Below, piece after piece: positions 11,837-22,301 of a stretch of 64,000 bases of DNA (its first letter is position 1; every line of letters begins with the position of its first letter). Location: the sequence record ON506924, one strand, 5' to 3'. The stretch is from Escherichia phage vB_EcoM_SCS4. The translations under genes and the position numbers were made by a program. The notes beneath the pieces were generated by a model, which saw nothing but the letters and a program-made list of their open reading frames with translations, ran no database searches and was not told the origin of the DNA.

Positions 11837-12034
11837 TTATGGATAGGTATAGATGATACCAGTTTCTAAAGCAGTTTTATGAATGATATATCCATTACGT
11901 GATTCTTGGACATCAACTTCTGGATAGTCTTTCATCATCTTCTGAAGAGTGTAACGATGCAGGTAGTATTTACTATCTGGATCTTCAGTTTTCCAATCTT
12001 TACCTTCTTCAGTCATTTTTTGGATTTCATCCAT
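11837..12034 (-). CDS. hoc: Hoc C-terminal capsid-binding segment (65 codons) in frame downstream of the TAG
   Basis: MDEIQKMTEEGKDWK ... IIYTYP matches the C-terminus of T4 Hoc; 305 + 1 + 5 + 65 = 376 codons, the T4 Hoc length. Confidence 0.7.
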   Translation of the reverse strand: MDEIQKMTEEGKDWKTEDPDSKYYLHRYTLQKMMKDYPEVDVQESRNGYIIHKTALETGIIYTYP

Positions 12035-12049
12035 AACCCACCAACCGCA

Positions 12050-12967
12050 CTAGATGTAAGCTGAGCTACGGTGTGGAAGAGGATGAACATAAGGTAATTC
12101 ACCTTCTGGTTCTGGAGCAACTTTATCAGTTACCTGAACTTGACCTGTGGCTTTAACTGTTTTACTATCATAGTCAGTTGCTGTAACGACAGCAGTAACT
12201 TCAATAGTTTGACTTCCAATAGATGAGGTATCAACAGTATATACGTTAGTTGACCCTTCCACAGGAGAAGAATCTTTCTTCCATGAGTAAGTAATTTGTG
12301 CTGCTTCAGGTGCGCCAGTAACATTAGCAGTAAATGTAGCCGAAGTATCTTGCTGAACATTAATAGAAGGAGGAGTCAATGTAACCTGTGGATTCATTGT
12401 CTTCTTATTAACTGTCAATGATACTTCATTGGAAGTAACTTCTTTTGCATCATAATCTGTCGCGGTTACTTGAGCCACACACTTAATTGTTTTAACTCCG
12501 CTTGTGGTAGGAGTGTAATTGAATGTAGCAGAAGTTGCTTCGCCCACAGGAGAACCGTCAACGTACCATTGATACGTAGCAGATGCACCTGGTGGCTGCG
12601 AAGCTAAGGCAGCGGTAAATTCAATAGCTGTTCCAATTACTCCAGCGTCAGGGCTATTAGGAGTTACAGCTAGGGTAGTCGTTTGTGTCTTATTTTGAAC
12701 TGTGATAGTTGTAGAAGCTTCTGCTGTTTCAGCTTCAGCTTCTGGAACTGGGTTTGTTGCAACTACTTTAATAGTCTTTTGACCGGCAGGTCCTTTTAGT
12801 ACATAGCTAAAAGTTGCTGACGTTTCTTCCTGCGGAGCGTCGTCTACAGTCCAAGCATATGTAATAGGTCCATCTCCAGTTTGACCACTGGGTGTAGCAG
12901 TAAACTGCTGAGTCTGATCTATAACTCCAGTAGGTGTTTTAGGAGTTATATCAACGGTAAAAGCCAT
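12050..12967 (-). CDS. hoc: Hoc outer capsid protein, N-terminal 305 codons (Ig-like domains), ending at an in-frame TAG
   Basis: translation matches T4 Hoc; frame stops at TAG (minus-strand codon at 12052-12050) and continues in the same frame into the 11837-12034 ORF. Confidence 0.85.
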   Translation of the reverse strand: MAFTVDITPKTPTGVIDQTQQFTATPSGQTGDGPITYAWTVDDAPQEETSATFSYVLKGPAGQKTIKVVATNPVPEAEAETAEASTTITVQNKTQTTTLAVTPNSPDAGVIGTAIEFTAALASQPPGASATYQWYVDGSPVGEATSATFNYTPTTSGVKTIKCVAQVTATDYDAKEVTSNEVSLTVNKKTMNPQVTLTPPSINVQQDTSATFTANVTGAPEAAQITYSWKKDSSPVEGSTNVYTVDTSSIGSQTIEVTAVVTATDYDSKTVKATGQVQVTDKVAPEPEGELPYVHPLPHRSSAYI

Positions 12968-12976
12968 AAGTTATCC

Positions 12977-13657
12977 TTATTTTAATGTTATGAAAGAAGA
13001 ATTGCGTGTTTCACGAATTAGAACTGATCCGTCACGATTAATGTAGTAAATTAAGCTAAATAAAGTTTGGTGTGCCGACGCGTGTTCAAAACTAGTTGGG
13101 TGAGATTTCCAATCCGGAGTTTCAGCAATCCACTGGTAAATCCACCAAGGAACAGTGCAGAATCCTGGATTTTTTCCAATCAGCTGAAGATTCGGACTAA
13201 AGTTTTCCGGAAGAGTAAATACAGACGGCTTTTCAGATTCAATAATCTCAGCTACAGCCTGTTCGAATTTTTCTTCAACAAAAGGAGTATCTTCAATCAA
13301 AACATCGGTATTTTCAGGAATTTTATCCGTTTCTATGACTTCAATTTTAATGTCAGATTTAACCGGAGAATCAATCAGAAGTGCTGCTTCTGGATTGACT
13401 TCTTCATCGTCATATTTTAATCCCTCTGCAGCATCTGCAGCATCGATTAAGTCTTTAATAGATAACCCATCAGTCTCTGGCATAGGTTCACTAGCGAGCT
13501 TCTGGAGGGCTTCTTCAATATCAATAACGATATTATCAAAAGATTTATTCTTTTTGACCTTTATACCAAACTGTTCAGCATATTCAGCTAATTTAGCTTT
13601 AGCTTCTTTATTATCATCAAGAGCCTTCAACTCTGCAATATAATCTTTATCTATCAT
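12977..13657 (-). CDS. inh: inhibitor of prohead protease Inh (226 aa)
   Basis: collinear with T4 inh; length match. Confidence 0.88.
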   Translation of the reverse strand: MIDKDYIAELKALDDNKEAKAKLAEYAEQFGIKVKKNKSFDNIVIDIEEALQKLASEPMPETDGLSIKDLIDAADAAEGLKYDDEEVNPEAALLIDSPVKSDIKIEVIETDKIPENTDVLIEDTPFVEEKFEQAVAEIIESEKPSVFTLPENFSPNLQLIGKNPGFCTVPWWIYQWIAETPDWKSHPTSFEHASAHQTLFSLIYYINRDGSVLIRETRNSSFITLK

Positions 13658-13706
13658 AATATTTCCTCAGTATAAATATAGATATATTTATTACTCGGAA
13701 AATAGT

Positions 13707-14324
13707 ATGTACCACTTTGTATATGAAACAACAAATCTAATAAATGGTAAAAAGTATATAGGAAAACACTCTACTGATGACTTGAATGATGGTTACCTTG
13801 GTTCCGGTAAGGCAATTCAGCAGGCTATAAAGAAGTATGGTGAAAACAATTTCTCTAGAACAATACTAAAAGAGTTTAAAACTTCCGAAGAAGCGTACAT
13901 GTATGAAGAAGAAATTATAACTCCTGAAATAATAAAAAGCAAAAATTATTATAATATGAAACCTGGTGGAATTGGTGGAATTGTTATGACTACAGAGGTT
14001 ATAGCAAAGATGAAAGAATCTTCCGCTAAGAGATTTGAAAACTCACCGGGCACGGTATTAGGTACAACTTGTTACACTAATGGAACTAAAAATATTTTTA
14101 TTAAACCTGGAGAACTTGTTCCAGAAGGATTTGTAAAAGGGATGGTTCATCCTAATAGAAAGTCCAGAAAAGGATGTAAAGTCAAACCGACTACCACAGG
14201 AACTTTTTGGGTCAATAATGGCGCAATAAATAAATTAATACAACCAGACGGTATTATTCCCGACGGATTTATTAAAGGTCGTCTCATGAAAAGAGATTCT
14301 AAAGGCAAATTTAGTAAGGCATAA
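13707..14324 (+). CDS. segE: GIY-YIG homing endonuclease SegE (205 aa)
   Basis: N-terminal GIY-YIG motif (VYETTNLINGKKYIGKH); position between inh and uvsW as in T4. Confidence 0.9.
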   Translation: MYHFVYETTNLINGKKYIGKHSTDDLNDGYLGSGKAIQQAIKKYGENNFSRTILKEFKTSEEAYMYEEEIITPEIIKSKNYYNMKPGGIGGIVMTTEVIAKMKESSAKRFENSPGTVLGTTCYTNGTKNIFIKPGELVPEGFVKGMVHPNRKSRKGCKVKPTTTGTFWVNNGAINKLIQPDGIIPDGFIKGRLMKRDSKGKFSKA

Positions 14325-14326
14325 TT

Positions 14327-15835
14327 ATGGACATTAAAGTACATTTTTATGATTTTAGTCACGTGAGAATTGATTGTGAAGAAAGTACATTTCATGAACT
14401 CCGAGATTTCTTTAGCTTTGAAGCTGATGGATATCGTTTTAATCCGAAGTACAGATATGGCCACTGGGATGGACGAATCCGTCTGTTAGATTATAATCGT
14501 CTTCTTCCATTCGGCTTAGTCGGGCAAATTAAAAAATTCTGTGATAACTTTGGCTATAAAGCCTGGATTGACCCGCAAATTAACGAAAAAGAAGAATTAT
14601 CAAGAAAAGATTTTGATGAATGGCTTTCTAAATTAGAAATCTATTCAGGAAATAAAAGAATTGAACCACACTGGTATCAAAAAGATGCAGTGTTCGAAGG
14701 ATTAGTTAATCGTCGTAGAATTCTTAATCTTCCAACATCCGCTGGTAAATCATTAATTCAAGCTTTGCTTGCGCGATATTATTTGGAAAATTATGAAGGT
14801 AAAATTCTTATCATTGTTCCAACAACTGCCTTAACAACTCAGATGGCTGATGACTTCGTCGACTATCGTCTATTCAGTCATGCAATGATAAAGAAAATTG
14901 GTGGCGGAGCATCAAAAGATGATAAATATAAAAATGATGCACCAGTCGTTGTTGGTACATGGCAAACTGTAGTAAAACAACCGAAAGAATGGTTCTCACA
15001 ATTTGGAATGATGATGAATGATGAATGCCATCTTGCTACAGGAAAAAGTATTTCATCTATCATATCAGGTTTAAATAACTGCATGTTCAAATTCGGTTTG
15101 TCTGGTTCATTACGTGATGGCAAAGCCAATATCATGCAGTATGTTGGAATGTTTGGCGAAATATTTAAGCCAGTAACGACTTCTAAGTTAATGGAAGATG
15201 GACAAGTAACTGAGCTAAAAATTAATAGTATTTTTCTTCGCTATCCCGATGAGTTCACTACTAAATTAAAGGGAAAAACTTACCAAGAAGAAATAAAAAT
15301 TATTACTGGGCTCAGTAAAAGAAATAAATGGATCGCTAAATTAGCTATTAAGCTTGCGCAAAAAGATGAAAACGCTTTTGTCATGTTTAAACATGTATCG
15401 CATGGTAAAGCTATTTTCGATTTAATTAAAAATGAATACGATAAAGTTTATTACGTATCAGGGGAAGTTGATACCGAAACACGCAATATAATGAAAACCT
15501 TAGCTGAAAATGGTAAAGGAATAATTATAGTAGCGAGTTATGGCGTATTTTCTACTGGTATTTCAGTTAAAAATCTGCATCACGTTGTTTTAGCGCACGG
15601 TGTTAAATCAAAAATCATTGTATTACAAACAATCGGTCGTGTATTACGTAAGCATGGTTCTAAGACAATAGCAACAGTCTGGGACCTCATAGATGATTGT
15701 GGTGTTAAGCCAAAATCTGCTAATACTAAAAAGAAATATGTTCATTTGAACTATCTTTTAAAACACGGCATTGATCGTATTCAGCGCTACGCAGATGAAA
15801 AATTTAATTACGTAATGAAAACAGTTAATTTATAA
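14327..15835 (+). CDS. uvsW: UvsW SF2 DNA/RNA helicase (502 aa)
   Basis: Walker A (PTSAGKS) and DECH motifs; sequence matches T4 UvsW. Confidence 0.95.
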   Translation: MDIKVHFYDFSHVRIDCEESTFHELRDFFSFEADGYRFNPKYRYGHWDGRIRLLDYNRLLPFGLVGQIKKFCDNFGYKAWIDPQINEKEELSRKDFDEWLSKLEIYSGNKRIEPHWYQKDAVFEGLVNRRRILNLPTSAGKSLIQALLARYYLENYEGKILIIVPTTALTTQMADDFVDYRLFSHAMIKKIGGGASKDDKYKNDAPVVVGTWQTVVKQPKEWFSQFGMMMNDECHLATGKSISSIISGLNNCMFKFGLSGSLRDGKANIMQYVGMFGEIFKPVTTSKLMEDGQVTELKINSIFLRYPDEFTTKLKGKTYQEEIKIITGLSKRNKWIAKLAIKLAQKDENAFVMFKHVSHGKAIFDLIKNEYDKVYYVSGEVDTETRNIMKTLAENGKGIIIVASYGVFSTGISVKNLHHVVLAHGVKSKIIVLQTIGRVLRKHGSKTIATVWDLIDDCGVKPKSANTKKKYVHLNYLLKHGIDRIQRYADEKFNYVMKTVNL

Positions 15836-15847
15836 GGGCTTCNGCCC
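15836..15847 (+). terminator. hairpin GGGC-TTCN-GCCC after uvsW (contains N calls)
   Basis: stem-loop of the same family as other terminators here; ambiguous bases inside. Confidence 0.45.
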
Positions 15848-15860
15848 NTTNGANAAAAAG

Positions 15861-16091
15861 ATGTTACTAGAATTTAAACAATTTCTTTATGAAGCTTCTA
15901 TTGATGAATTTATGGGTAAAATTGCCTCTTGTCAAACATTAGAAGGTTTAGAAGAACTTGAAGCTTATTATAAGAAAAGAGTCAAAGAAACTGAATTAAA
16001 AGATACTGATGACATCTCTGTGAGAGATGCTTTGGCAGGAAAAAGAGCTGAATTAGAAAATTCAGACGATGAAGTAGAAGAAAGCTTTTAA
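15861..16091 (+). CDS. uvsW.1: UvsW.1 small acidic protein (76 aa)
   Basis: 76-aa ORF immediately downstream of uvsW as in T4. Confidence 0.8.
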   Translation: MLLEFKQFLYEASIDEFMGKIASCQTLEGLEELEAYYKKRVKETELKDTDDISVRDALAGKRAELENSDDEVEESF

Positions 16092-16146
16092 ATTAAAAAA
16101 GGCCCAACCAAAAAGGAAGGGCCAAAACTATAGACTAAAGGTCACA

Positions 16147-16314
16147 CTATAGCAAAAGTTGTGTTTCATTTAATTGTTCTTCCGAACTTTCTGAAACTGG
16201 TAGTTCTTTAATGTAATTATAGCAAGGCCCAGGATGTACAGGACCTTTGTCTGTTTCAACAACCAATGCAGAATCGATTGGAGTTTTACAGACAACACAA
16301 ATCTTATCTGACAT
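16147..16314 (-). CDS. uvsY.-1: small Cys-containing hypothetical protein (~55 aa; T4 uvsY.-1 position)
   Basis: hand-translated minus-strand ORF MSDKICVVCKTPIDSALVVETDKGPVHPGPCYNYIKEL ...; below the size cut-off of the ORF track. Confidence 0.5.
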   Translation of the reverse strand: MSDKICVVCKTPIDSALVVETDKGPVHPGPCYNYIKELPVSESSEEQLNETQLLL

Positions 16315-16342
16315 GATTGTCTCCTCTGAATTATATATCTAT

Positions 16343-16567
16343 TTATACAACTCTCATATGCATATCAATGCCCATATCTTTAGAATAAAAATATTCATCA
16401 AGATATCCGGCAAATTTTCCTTTAATATAAAGGACATCTTCACCACACGGATGGTCGGCCAGGATACGAATATCCTGACGCTTAAGATTATACTTTTTCA
16501 TTAAGAATTGAATTTCCGTTTCGAATTCTTCTTCATAATTAAAAGCATCATCAATGCTATATCTCAT
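16343..16567 (-). CDS. uvsY.-2: hypothetical protein (T4 uvsY.-2 position)
   Basis: 74-aa ORF abutting uvsY stop. Confidence 0.7.
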   Translation of the reverse strand: MRYSIDDAFNYEEEFETEIQFLMKKYNLKRQDIRILADHPCGEDVLYIKGKFAGYLDEYFYSKDMGIDMHMRVV

Positions 16568-16980
16568 TATTTTCCAGCCTCAAATGCTCGCATGTCTTGA
16601 ATATGCTTAATAGCAAATCCACGTGATTTTATAGCATCAAGAGCTCCGCTACAGAAATCCAATAAAATTCCCCAATATTGTAATGAAGTATCAACTTTTA
16701 AAACATCCTTATCAGCTGATAGAACTGTCTTCATTTCTGATTTCTCGTAACGGTCCATACTAAATTCATCACCATCTCCTCGTCCCGAGTAGTAGTCTAA
16801 TTTAGCTTTAAGAGCAACTTTTTTCTGTGCGTCAATTCTAAGCATTTCCTTTTTAATACTTGAATGCTTATTGAGCCATTTACTATATAACATCACATTA
16901 TTAGCTGCTTCATACTGTAATTTAGTCGAATCTATAAACACATCTTTCTTCAATTCTTCTTGAAGATCTTCTAATCTCAT
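16567..16980 (-). CDS. uvsY: recombination mediator UvsY (137 aa)
   Basis: sequence MRLEDLQEELKKDVFIDSTKLQYEAANN ... matches T4 UvsY. Confidence 0.95.
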   Translation of the reverse strand: MRLEDLQEELKKDVFIDSTKLQYEAANNVMLYSKWLNKHSSIKKEMLRIDAQKKVALKAKLDYYSGRGDGDEFSMDRYEKSEMKTVLSADKDVLKVDTSLQYWGILLDFCSGALDAIKSRGFAIKHIQDMRAFEAGK

Positions 16981-17020
16981 ATTGTTCTCTATTCAATTGT
17001 TATTGGATGGACTTAGATTC

Positions 17021-17047
17021 ATTATACCACGTTTTAACGTGAAGCAT
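17021..17047 (-). promoter_or_regulatory. candidate T4 middle promoter for uvsY: MotA box ATGCTTCA about 13 nt upstream of TATAAT
   Basis: minus strand reads ATGCTTCA-N13-TATAAT roughly 40-65 nt upstream of the uvsY ATG; uvsY is a known middle gene. Confidence 0.55.
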
Positions 17048-17445
17048 TATACTCTGTTACTGGAAGCCAGTTGCAATTTTATCTGCTCAATATCATCAGG
17101 GTTATCGATGACCGAAAAGCGTATTTCTACTATCAGAGTGTAATCATCATAAACTGGTATTACATTAACTGCTAATTTATCAATACGTGGCTCGTAGTTT
17201 CTTACTGCGCTTTCAATGTTACGCTCAACAGTATCAGCAGTAAGAGGAGTCATATTCTCAAAAAGCTGATCAGATAAATCACATCCAAATTCTGGGTCAA
17301 ATGGTCTCGACCCTTTTCTGGTTGTAATAATTCCCAAAAGGCTATTTTTAATTGACCTTAATCCAAGAGATCTAGAAACATCTTTGTCCCAATCCATTTT
17401 CATTTCTGGGTCAATGTCAGAATAAAGTTTATTAATATTTGCCAT
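17047..17445 (-). CDS. 25: baseplate wedge protein gp25 (132 aa)
   Basis: length and sequence match T4 gp25. Confidence 0.93.
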   Translation of the reverse strand: MANINKLYSDIDPEMKMDWDKDVSRSLGLRSIKNSLLGIITTRKGSRPFDPEFGCDLSDQLFENMTPLTADTVERNIESAVRNYEPRIDKLAVNVIPVYDDYTLIVEIRFSVIDNPDDIEQIKLQLASSNRV

Positions 17446-18071
17446 TACAATAGCTCAAAGAATTCTTTGAGTCCTCTTATTACATGAGCGTGAGATTTTC
17501 CACACTCTGGACATTTAATTGGAACAGCCAAATAAACAGTAGGCTTTAAAAGCATATCTTTTATAGCTACAATATCTGACTCTGTGATGATAGAATATAA
17601 ATCTTCCAACTCTTTTTCATTTAAGTCTTCAATTGGAATGCTTTCCCCGTTAGCATGAATCGTTTCTATACATGATACTATCATGTGGGCTATATTTTTA
17701 TCATCAAAAATTTTAGGGTATCGGAATTTAATTTTAATGTCACCCAGTGTATACCAGAGGTCTTCTGGTGCATCTATTTGTGTATGTAATAGATTTATAT
17801 GGGTTGGTATTTCAGTTCCACAGGTGCACTTCCAGGAGTTTTCGTGATTAACTTCTCCAAGAGAATGCGCCCATAAATGAATCAACAATAGCTCTGATTC
17901 TTGGCGGTTTAAATCTTTTGCATTTGTGCAGTCTTTGATTAGCTTTTTAACAATTACTTCTACGGAACCATTATTTTTGGCAGTAATAAGTTCTAGATAT
18001 TCTTTAAGCGTGAATGCGCGACAATTGATTATTTTAGAACCAACTCTCACATCAAATTTGTATTCATACAT
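17445..18071 (-). CDS. 26: baseplate hub subunit gp26 (208 aa)
   Basis: collinear with T4; overlaps gene 25 start by 1 nt. Confidence 0.9.
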   Translation of the reverse strand: MYEYKFDVRVGSKIINCRAFTLKEYLELITAKNNGSVEVIVKKLIKDCTNAKDLNRQESELLLIHLWAHSLGEVNHENSWKCTCGTEIPTHINLLHTQIDAPEDLWYTLGDIKIKFRYPKIFDDKNIAHMIVSCIETIHANGESIPIEDLNEKELEDLYSIITESDIVAIKDMLLKPTVYLAVPIKCPECGKSHAHVIRGLKEFFELL

Positions 18072-18096
18072 NTTTAGCTCCTTTATTTATCATATT

Positions 18097-18104
18097 TATA
18101 AATA
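18097..18104 (+). promoter_or_regulatory. late promoter TATAAATA in the divergent 26/51 intergenic region
   Basis: exact TATAAATA 18 nt upstream of gene 51 ATG; AAGGAG RBS follows. Confidence 0.5.
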
Positions 18105-18121
18105 GAATAAAAGGAGCATCT

Positions 18122-18871
18122 ATGGCAAACATTATTCGTTGTAAATTACCAGATGGTGTTCATCGTTTTAAACCATTTACGGTAGAAGATTATCGAGATT
18201 TTTTGTTAGTTCGAAACGATATAGAACATCGGTCACCACAAGAACAAAAAGAAGTAATTGCTGATTTAATTGCTGATTATTTTGGAGACTATCCAAAGAC
18301 TTGGCAACCATTTATATTTTTGCAGGTATTTGTAGGGTCTATAGGTAAAACAAAAGTACCCGTCACATTTGTATGTCCAAAATGTAAAAAAGAAAAGACA
18401 GTTCCATTTGAAATATATCAAAAAGAATTAAAGGAACCTGTTTTTGATGTAGCTAATGTTAAAATTAAATTAAAGTTTCCTTCTGAGTTTTATGAAAATA
18501 AAGCAAAGATGATTACTGAAAATATTCATTCTGTTCAAGTAGATGAAATATGGTACGATTGGAAGGAAATTAGCGAGTCCAGTCAAATAGAACTAGTTGA
18601 CGCCATCGAGATAGAAACATTAGAAAAAATTCTCGATGCAATGAATCCTATTAATTTAACTCTACATATGTCATGCTGTAATAAGTATGTTAAAAAATAC
18701 ACTGATATAGTAGACGTGTTTAAGCTATTAGTTAACCCAGATGAGATATTTACTTTTTATCAAATTAATCACACACTCGTAAAAAGTAATTATAGCTTAA
18801 ATTCAATAATGAAAATGATTCCTGCTGAGCGCGGATTCGTATTAAAACTGATTGAGAAGGATAAACAATAA
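18122..18871 (+). CDS. 51: baseplate hub assembly protein gp51 (249 aa)
   Basis: collinear with T4 gene 51. Confidence 0.9.
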   Translation: MANIIRCKLPDGVHRFKPFTVEDYRDFLLVRNDIEHRSPQEQKEVIADLIADYFGDYPKTWQPFIFLQVFVGSIGKTKVPVTFVCPKCKKEKTVPFEIYQKELKEPVFDVANVKIKLKFPSEFYENKAKMITENIHSVQVDEIWYDWKEISESSQIELVDAIEIETLEKILDAMNPINLTLHMSCCNKYVKKYTDIVDVFKLLVNPDEIFTFYQINHTLVKSNYSLNSIMKMIPAERGFVLKLIEKDKQ

Positions 18872-20046
18872 TGAGTATGTTGCAACGCCCAGGATATCCA
18901 AATCTCAGCGTTAAATTATTTGATAGCTACGACGCTTGGAGTAATAATAGATTTGTTGAATTAGCTGCTACTATTACCACATTAACTATGCGGGATTCTC
19001 TTTATGGCCGAAATGAAGGAATGCTGCAGTTTTATGATTCTAAAAACATCCATACAAAAATGGATGGAAATGAAATAATTCAGATTTCTGTAGCTAATGC
19101 AAATGATATTAATAATGTTAAAACACGAATTTATGGATGTAAGCATTTTTCCGTGTCAGTAGATTCAAAAGGTGATAACATCATTGCTATTGAATTGGGA
19201 ACTATTCATTCTATAGAAAATCTTAAATTTGGTAGACCATTTTTCCCTGATGCAGGCGAATCTATAAAAGAAATGCTTGGTGTCATTTATCAGGATCGCA
19301 CGTTATTAACTCCAGCAATAAATGCTATAAATGCTTATGTTCCTGATATTCCATGGACTAGCACATTTGAAAACTATTTGTCGTATGTCAGAGAAGTTGG
19401 TCTAGCTGTAGGAAGCGACAAATTTGTATTTGTGTGGCAAGACATCATGGGAGTTAACATGATGGACTATGATATGATGATAAATCAAGAACCATATCCA
19501 ATGATTGTCGGTGAGCCATCTTTAATAGGTCAATTCATCCAAGAATTAAAATATCCATTAGCATATGATTTTGTTTGGTTGACTAAATCGAATCCTCACA
19601 AACGTGACCCAATGAAAAACGCTACTATCTATGCGCATTCATTTTTAGATTCTTCAATACCAATGATTACTACAGGAAAGGGTGAAAACTCTATTGTGGT
19701 GTCAAGGTCAGGTGCTTATTCTGAAATGACTTATAGGAATGGATATGAAGAAGCTATTCGTCTTCAAACTATGGCACAATATGACGGCTATGCTAAATGT
19801 TCTACTGTCGGTAATTTTAACTTGACTCCTGGCGTTAAAATTATTTTTAATGATAGTAAAAACCAATTTAAAACAGAATTTTACGTTGATGAAGTTATCC
19901 ATGAATTATCCAATAATAATTCAGTAACTCATCTATATATGTTCACTAATGCAACGAAACTGGAAACAATAGACCCAGTTAAGGTTAAAAATGAATTTAA
20001 ATCTGATACTACCACTGAAGAAAGTAGTTCTTCCAATAAGCAATAA
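18871..20046 (+). CDS. 27: baseplate hub protein gp27 (391 aa)
   Basis: length and sequence match T4 gp27. Confidence 0.93.
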   Translation: MSMLQRPGYPNLSVKLFDSYDAWSNNRFVELAATITTLTMRDSLYGRNEGMLQFYDSKNIHTKMDGNEIIQISVANANDINNVKTRIYGCKHFSVSVDSKGDNIIAIELGTIHSIENLKFGRPFFPDAGESIKEMLGVIYQDRTLLTPAINAINAYVPDIPWTSTFENYLSYVREVGLAVGSDKFVFVWQDIMGVNMMDYDMMINQEPYPMIVGEPSLIGQFIQELKYPLAYDFVWLTKSNPHKRDPMKNATIYAHSFLDSSIPMITTGKGENSIVVSRSGAYSEMTYRNGYEEAIRLQTMAQYDGYAKCSTVGNFNLTPGVKIIFNDSKNQFKTEFYVDEVIHELSNNNSVTHLYMFTNATKLETIDPVKVKNEFKSDTTTEESSSSNKQ

Positions 20047-20524
20047 ANAAGTTTCTATTCCTAAAATGGGTCTTAAACATTATAACATTTTAAAAGATGT
20101 TAAAGGTCCTGATGAAAATTTAAAACTTCTTATTGATTCTATTTGTCCGAATTTATCACCGGCAGAAGTTGATTTCGTTTNTATTCATTTATTGGAATTT
20201 AATGGAAAGATTAAATCTCGTAAAGAAATAGATGGCTATACTTATGACATTAATGATGTCTATGTATGCCAAAGATTGGAATTTCAATACCAAGGAAATA
20301 CATTTTATTTTAGACCTCCTGGAAAATTTGAACAATTTTTAACGGTGAGCGATATGTTATCTAAATGCTTGCTTAAGGTCAACGATGAAGTTAAAGAAAT
20401 TAATTTTCTTGAGATGCCAGCATTCGTTTTAAAATGGGCAAATGATATTTTTACAACTTTAGCAATTCCTGGCCCTAATGGTCCAATAACTGGAATTGGC
20501 AATATTATTGGATTATTTGAATGA
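19991..20524 (+). CDS. 28: baseplate hub distal subunit gp28 (177 aa)
   Basis: ORF overlapping gene 27 end as in T4. Confidence 0.85.
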   Translation: MNLNLILPLKKVVLPISNKXVSIPKMGLKHYNILKDVKGPDENLKLLIDSICPNLSPAEVDFVXIHLLEFNGKIKSRKEIDGYTYDINDVYVCQRLEFQYQGNTFYFRPPGKFEQFLTVSDMLSKCLLKVNDEVKEINFLEMPAFVLKWANDIFTTLAIPGPNGPITGIGNIIGLFE

Positions 20525-22293
20525 AAAAGCCACAAGAAATGCAAACGATGCGTAGAAAAGTTATTTCAGATAATAAACCAATACAGGAAGCGGCTAAATC
20601 CGCTTCCAACACTTTATCTGGACTTAATGACATATCTACGAAATTGGATGATGCTCAAGCTGCTTCTGAATTAATTGCTCAAACTGTCGAAGAAAAATCG
20701 AATGAAATAATTGGAGCAATTGACAATGTAGAAAGCGCAGTGAGTGATACTACTGCTGGTTCTGAGTTAATTGCTGAAACTGTCGAAATTGGCAACAATA
20801 TTAATAAAGAAATCGGTGAATCGCTCGGAAGCAAATTAGATAAATTAACAAGTTTACTGGAGCAAAAAATTCAGACAGCTGGAATTCAACAAACAGGAAC
20901 TAGTTTAGCCACGGTTGAAAGCGCTATTCCTGTTAAAGTTGTTGAGGATGATACAGCTGAATCTGTGGGTCCTTTATTACCAGCTCCTGAAGCAGTTAAT
21001 AATGATCCTGATGCTGATTTTTTCCCTACCCCTCAGCCAGTTGAACCTAAACAAGAATCGCCAGAAGAAAAACAGAAAAAAGACGCATTTAACTTAAAAT
21101 TATCTCAAGCTTTAGATAAATTAACAAAGACTGTTGATTTCGGATTTAAGAAATCTATTTCAATTACTGATAAAATATCAAGCATGCTATTTAAGTATAC
21201 CATAAGTNCTGCTATTGAAGCTGCTAAAATGACAGCAATGATATTGGCTGTTGTTGTCGGAATAGACCTTTTGATGGTTCATTTCAAATATTGGTCAGAT
21301 AAATTTTCGCAGGCATGGGATTTATTTAGTACTGATTTAACTAAATTCTCTAGTGAAACAGGAACATGGGGTCCTTTATTACAGAGCATCTTTAGTTCTA
21401 TTGATGAAATTAAAAAATTCTGGGAAGAGGGAGATTGGGGCGGTTTGACGGTAGCTATTGTAGAAGGGCTTGGAAAGGTTCTTTATAATTTAGGAGAACT
21501 TATTCAGCTTGGAATGGCTAAATTATCTGCTGCAATTCTTCGAGTCATTCCTGGCATGAAGGATACCGCTGATGAAGTAGAAGGAAGAGCACTAGAAAAT
21601 TTCCAAAATTCTACTGGAGCATCTCTCAATAAAGAAGACCAGGAAAAAGTTGCAAATTATCAAGATAAACGAATGAACGGAGACCTTGGTCCGATAGCAA
21701 AAGGATTAGATAAAATTNCTAATTGGAAAACTCGTGCATCTAACTGGATTCGTGGCGTTGATAATAAAGAAGCACTAACTACCGACGAAGAGCGTGCAGC
21801 AGAAGAAGAAAAATTAAAGCAACTTTCACCAGAAGAAAGAAAAAATGCTTTAATGAAGGCTAATGAAGCTCGTGCCGCGATGATTCGTTTTGAAAAATAT
21901 GCCGATTCAGCTGATATGAGTAAAGACTCAACGGTTAAATCAGTTGAAGCTGCCTATGAAGACCTTAAAAAACGGATGGATGACCCGGATTTAAATAATT
22001 CACCGGCAGTTAAAAAAGAACTTGCTGCTAGATTTTCTAAAATTGATGCTACTTATCAAGAGCTCAAGAAAAATCAGCCTAATGCCAAACCTGAAACTTC
22101 TGCTAAATCGCCAGAAGCGAAACAGGTCCAGGTTATTGAAAAGAACAAAGCACAGCAAGCTCCTGTTCAACAAGCATCTCCTTCAATCAATAATACTAAT
22201 AATGTTATTAAGAAAAATACTGTCGTTCATAATATGACACCTGTAACAAGCACGACTGCTCCTGGTGTATTTGATGCGACTGGAGTTAATTAA
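20521..22293 (+). CDS. 29: baseplate hub / tail length determinator gp29 (590 aa)
   Basis: length and position match T4 gp29. Confidence 0.93.
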   Translation: MKKPQEMQTMRRKVISDNKPIQEAAKSASNTLSGLNDISTKLDDAQAASELIAQTVEEKSNEIIGAIDNVESAVSDTTAGSELIAETVEIGNNINKEIGESLGSKLDKLTSLLEQKIQTAGIQQTGTSLATVESAIPVKVVEDDTAESVGPLLPAPEAVNNDPDADFFPTPQPVEPKQESPEEKQKKDAFNLKLSQALDKLTKTVDFGFKKSISITDKISSMLFKYTISXAIEAAKMTAMILAVVVGIDLLMVHFKYWSDKFSQAWDLFSTDLTKFSSETGTWGPLLQSIFSSIDEIKKFWEEGDWGGLTVAIVEGLGKVLYNLGELIQLGMAKLSAAILRVIPGMKDTADEVEGRALENFQNSTGASLNKEDQEKVANYQDKRMNGDLGPIAKGLDKIXNWKTRASNWIRGVDNKEALTTDEERAAEEEKLKQLSPEERKNALMKANEARAAMIRFEKYADSADMSKDSTVKSVEAAYEDLKKRMDDPDLNNSPAVKKELAARFSKIDATYQELKKNQPNAKPETSAKSPEAKQVQVIEKNKAQQAPVQQASPSINNTNNVIKKNTVVHNMTPVTSTTAPGVFDATGVN

Positions 22294-22301
22294 GGAATAA
22301 T

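Noticed and set aside
16247-16504. Plus-strand 85-aa ORF in the uvsW.1-uvsY interval
   Set aside because: Overlaps the minus-strand uvsY.-2 and uvsY.-1 ORFs, which are collinear with T4; the plus-strand frame is AT-rich and has no RBS.
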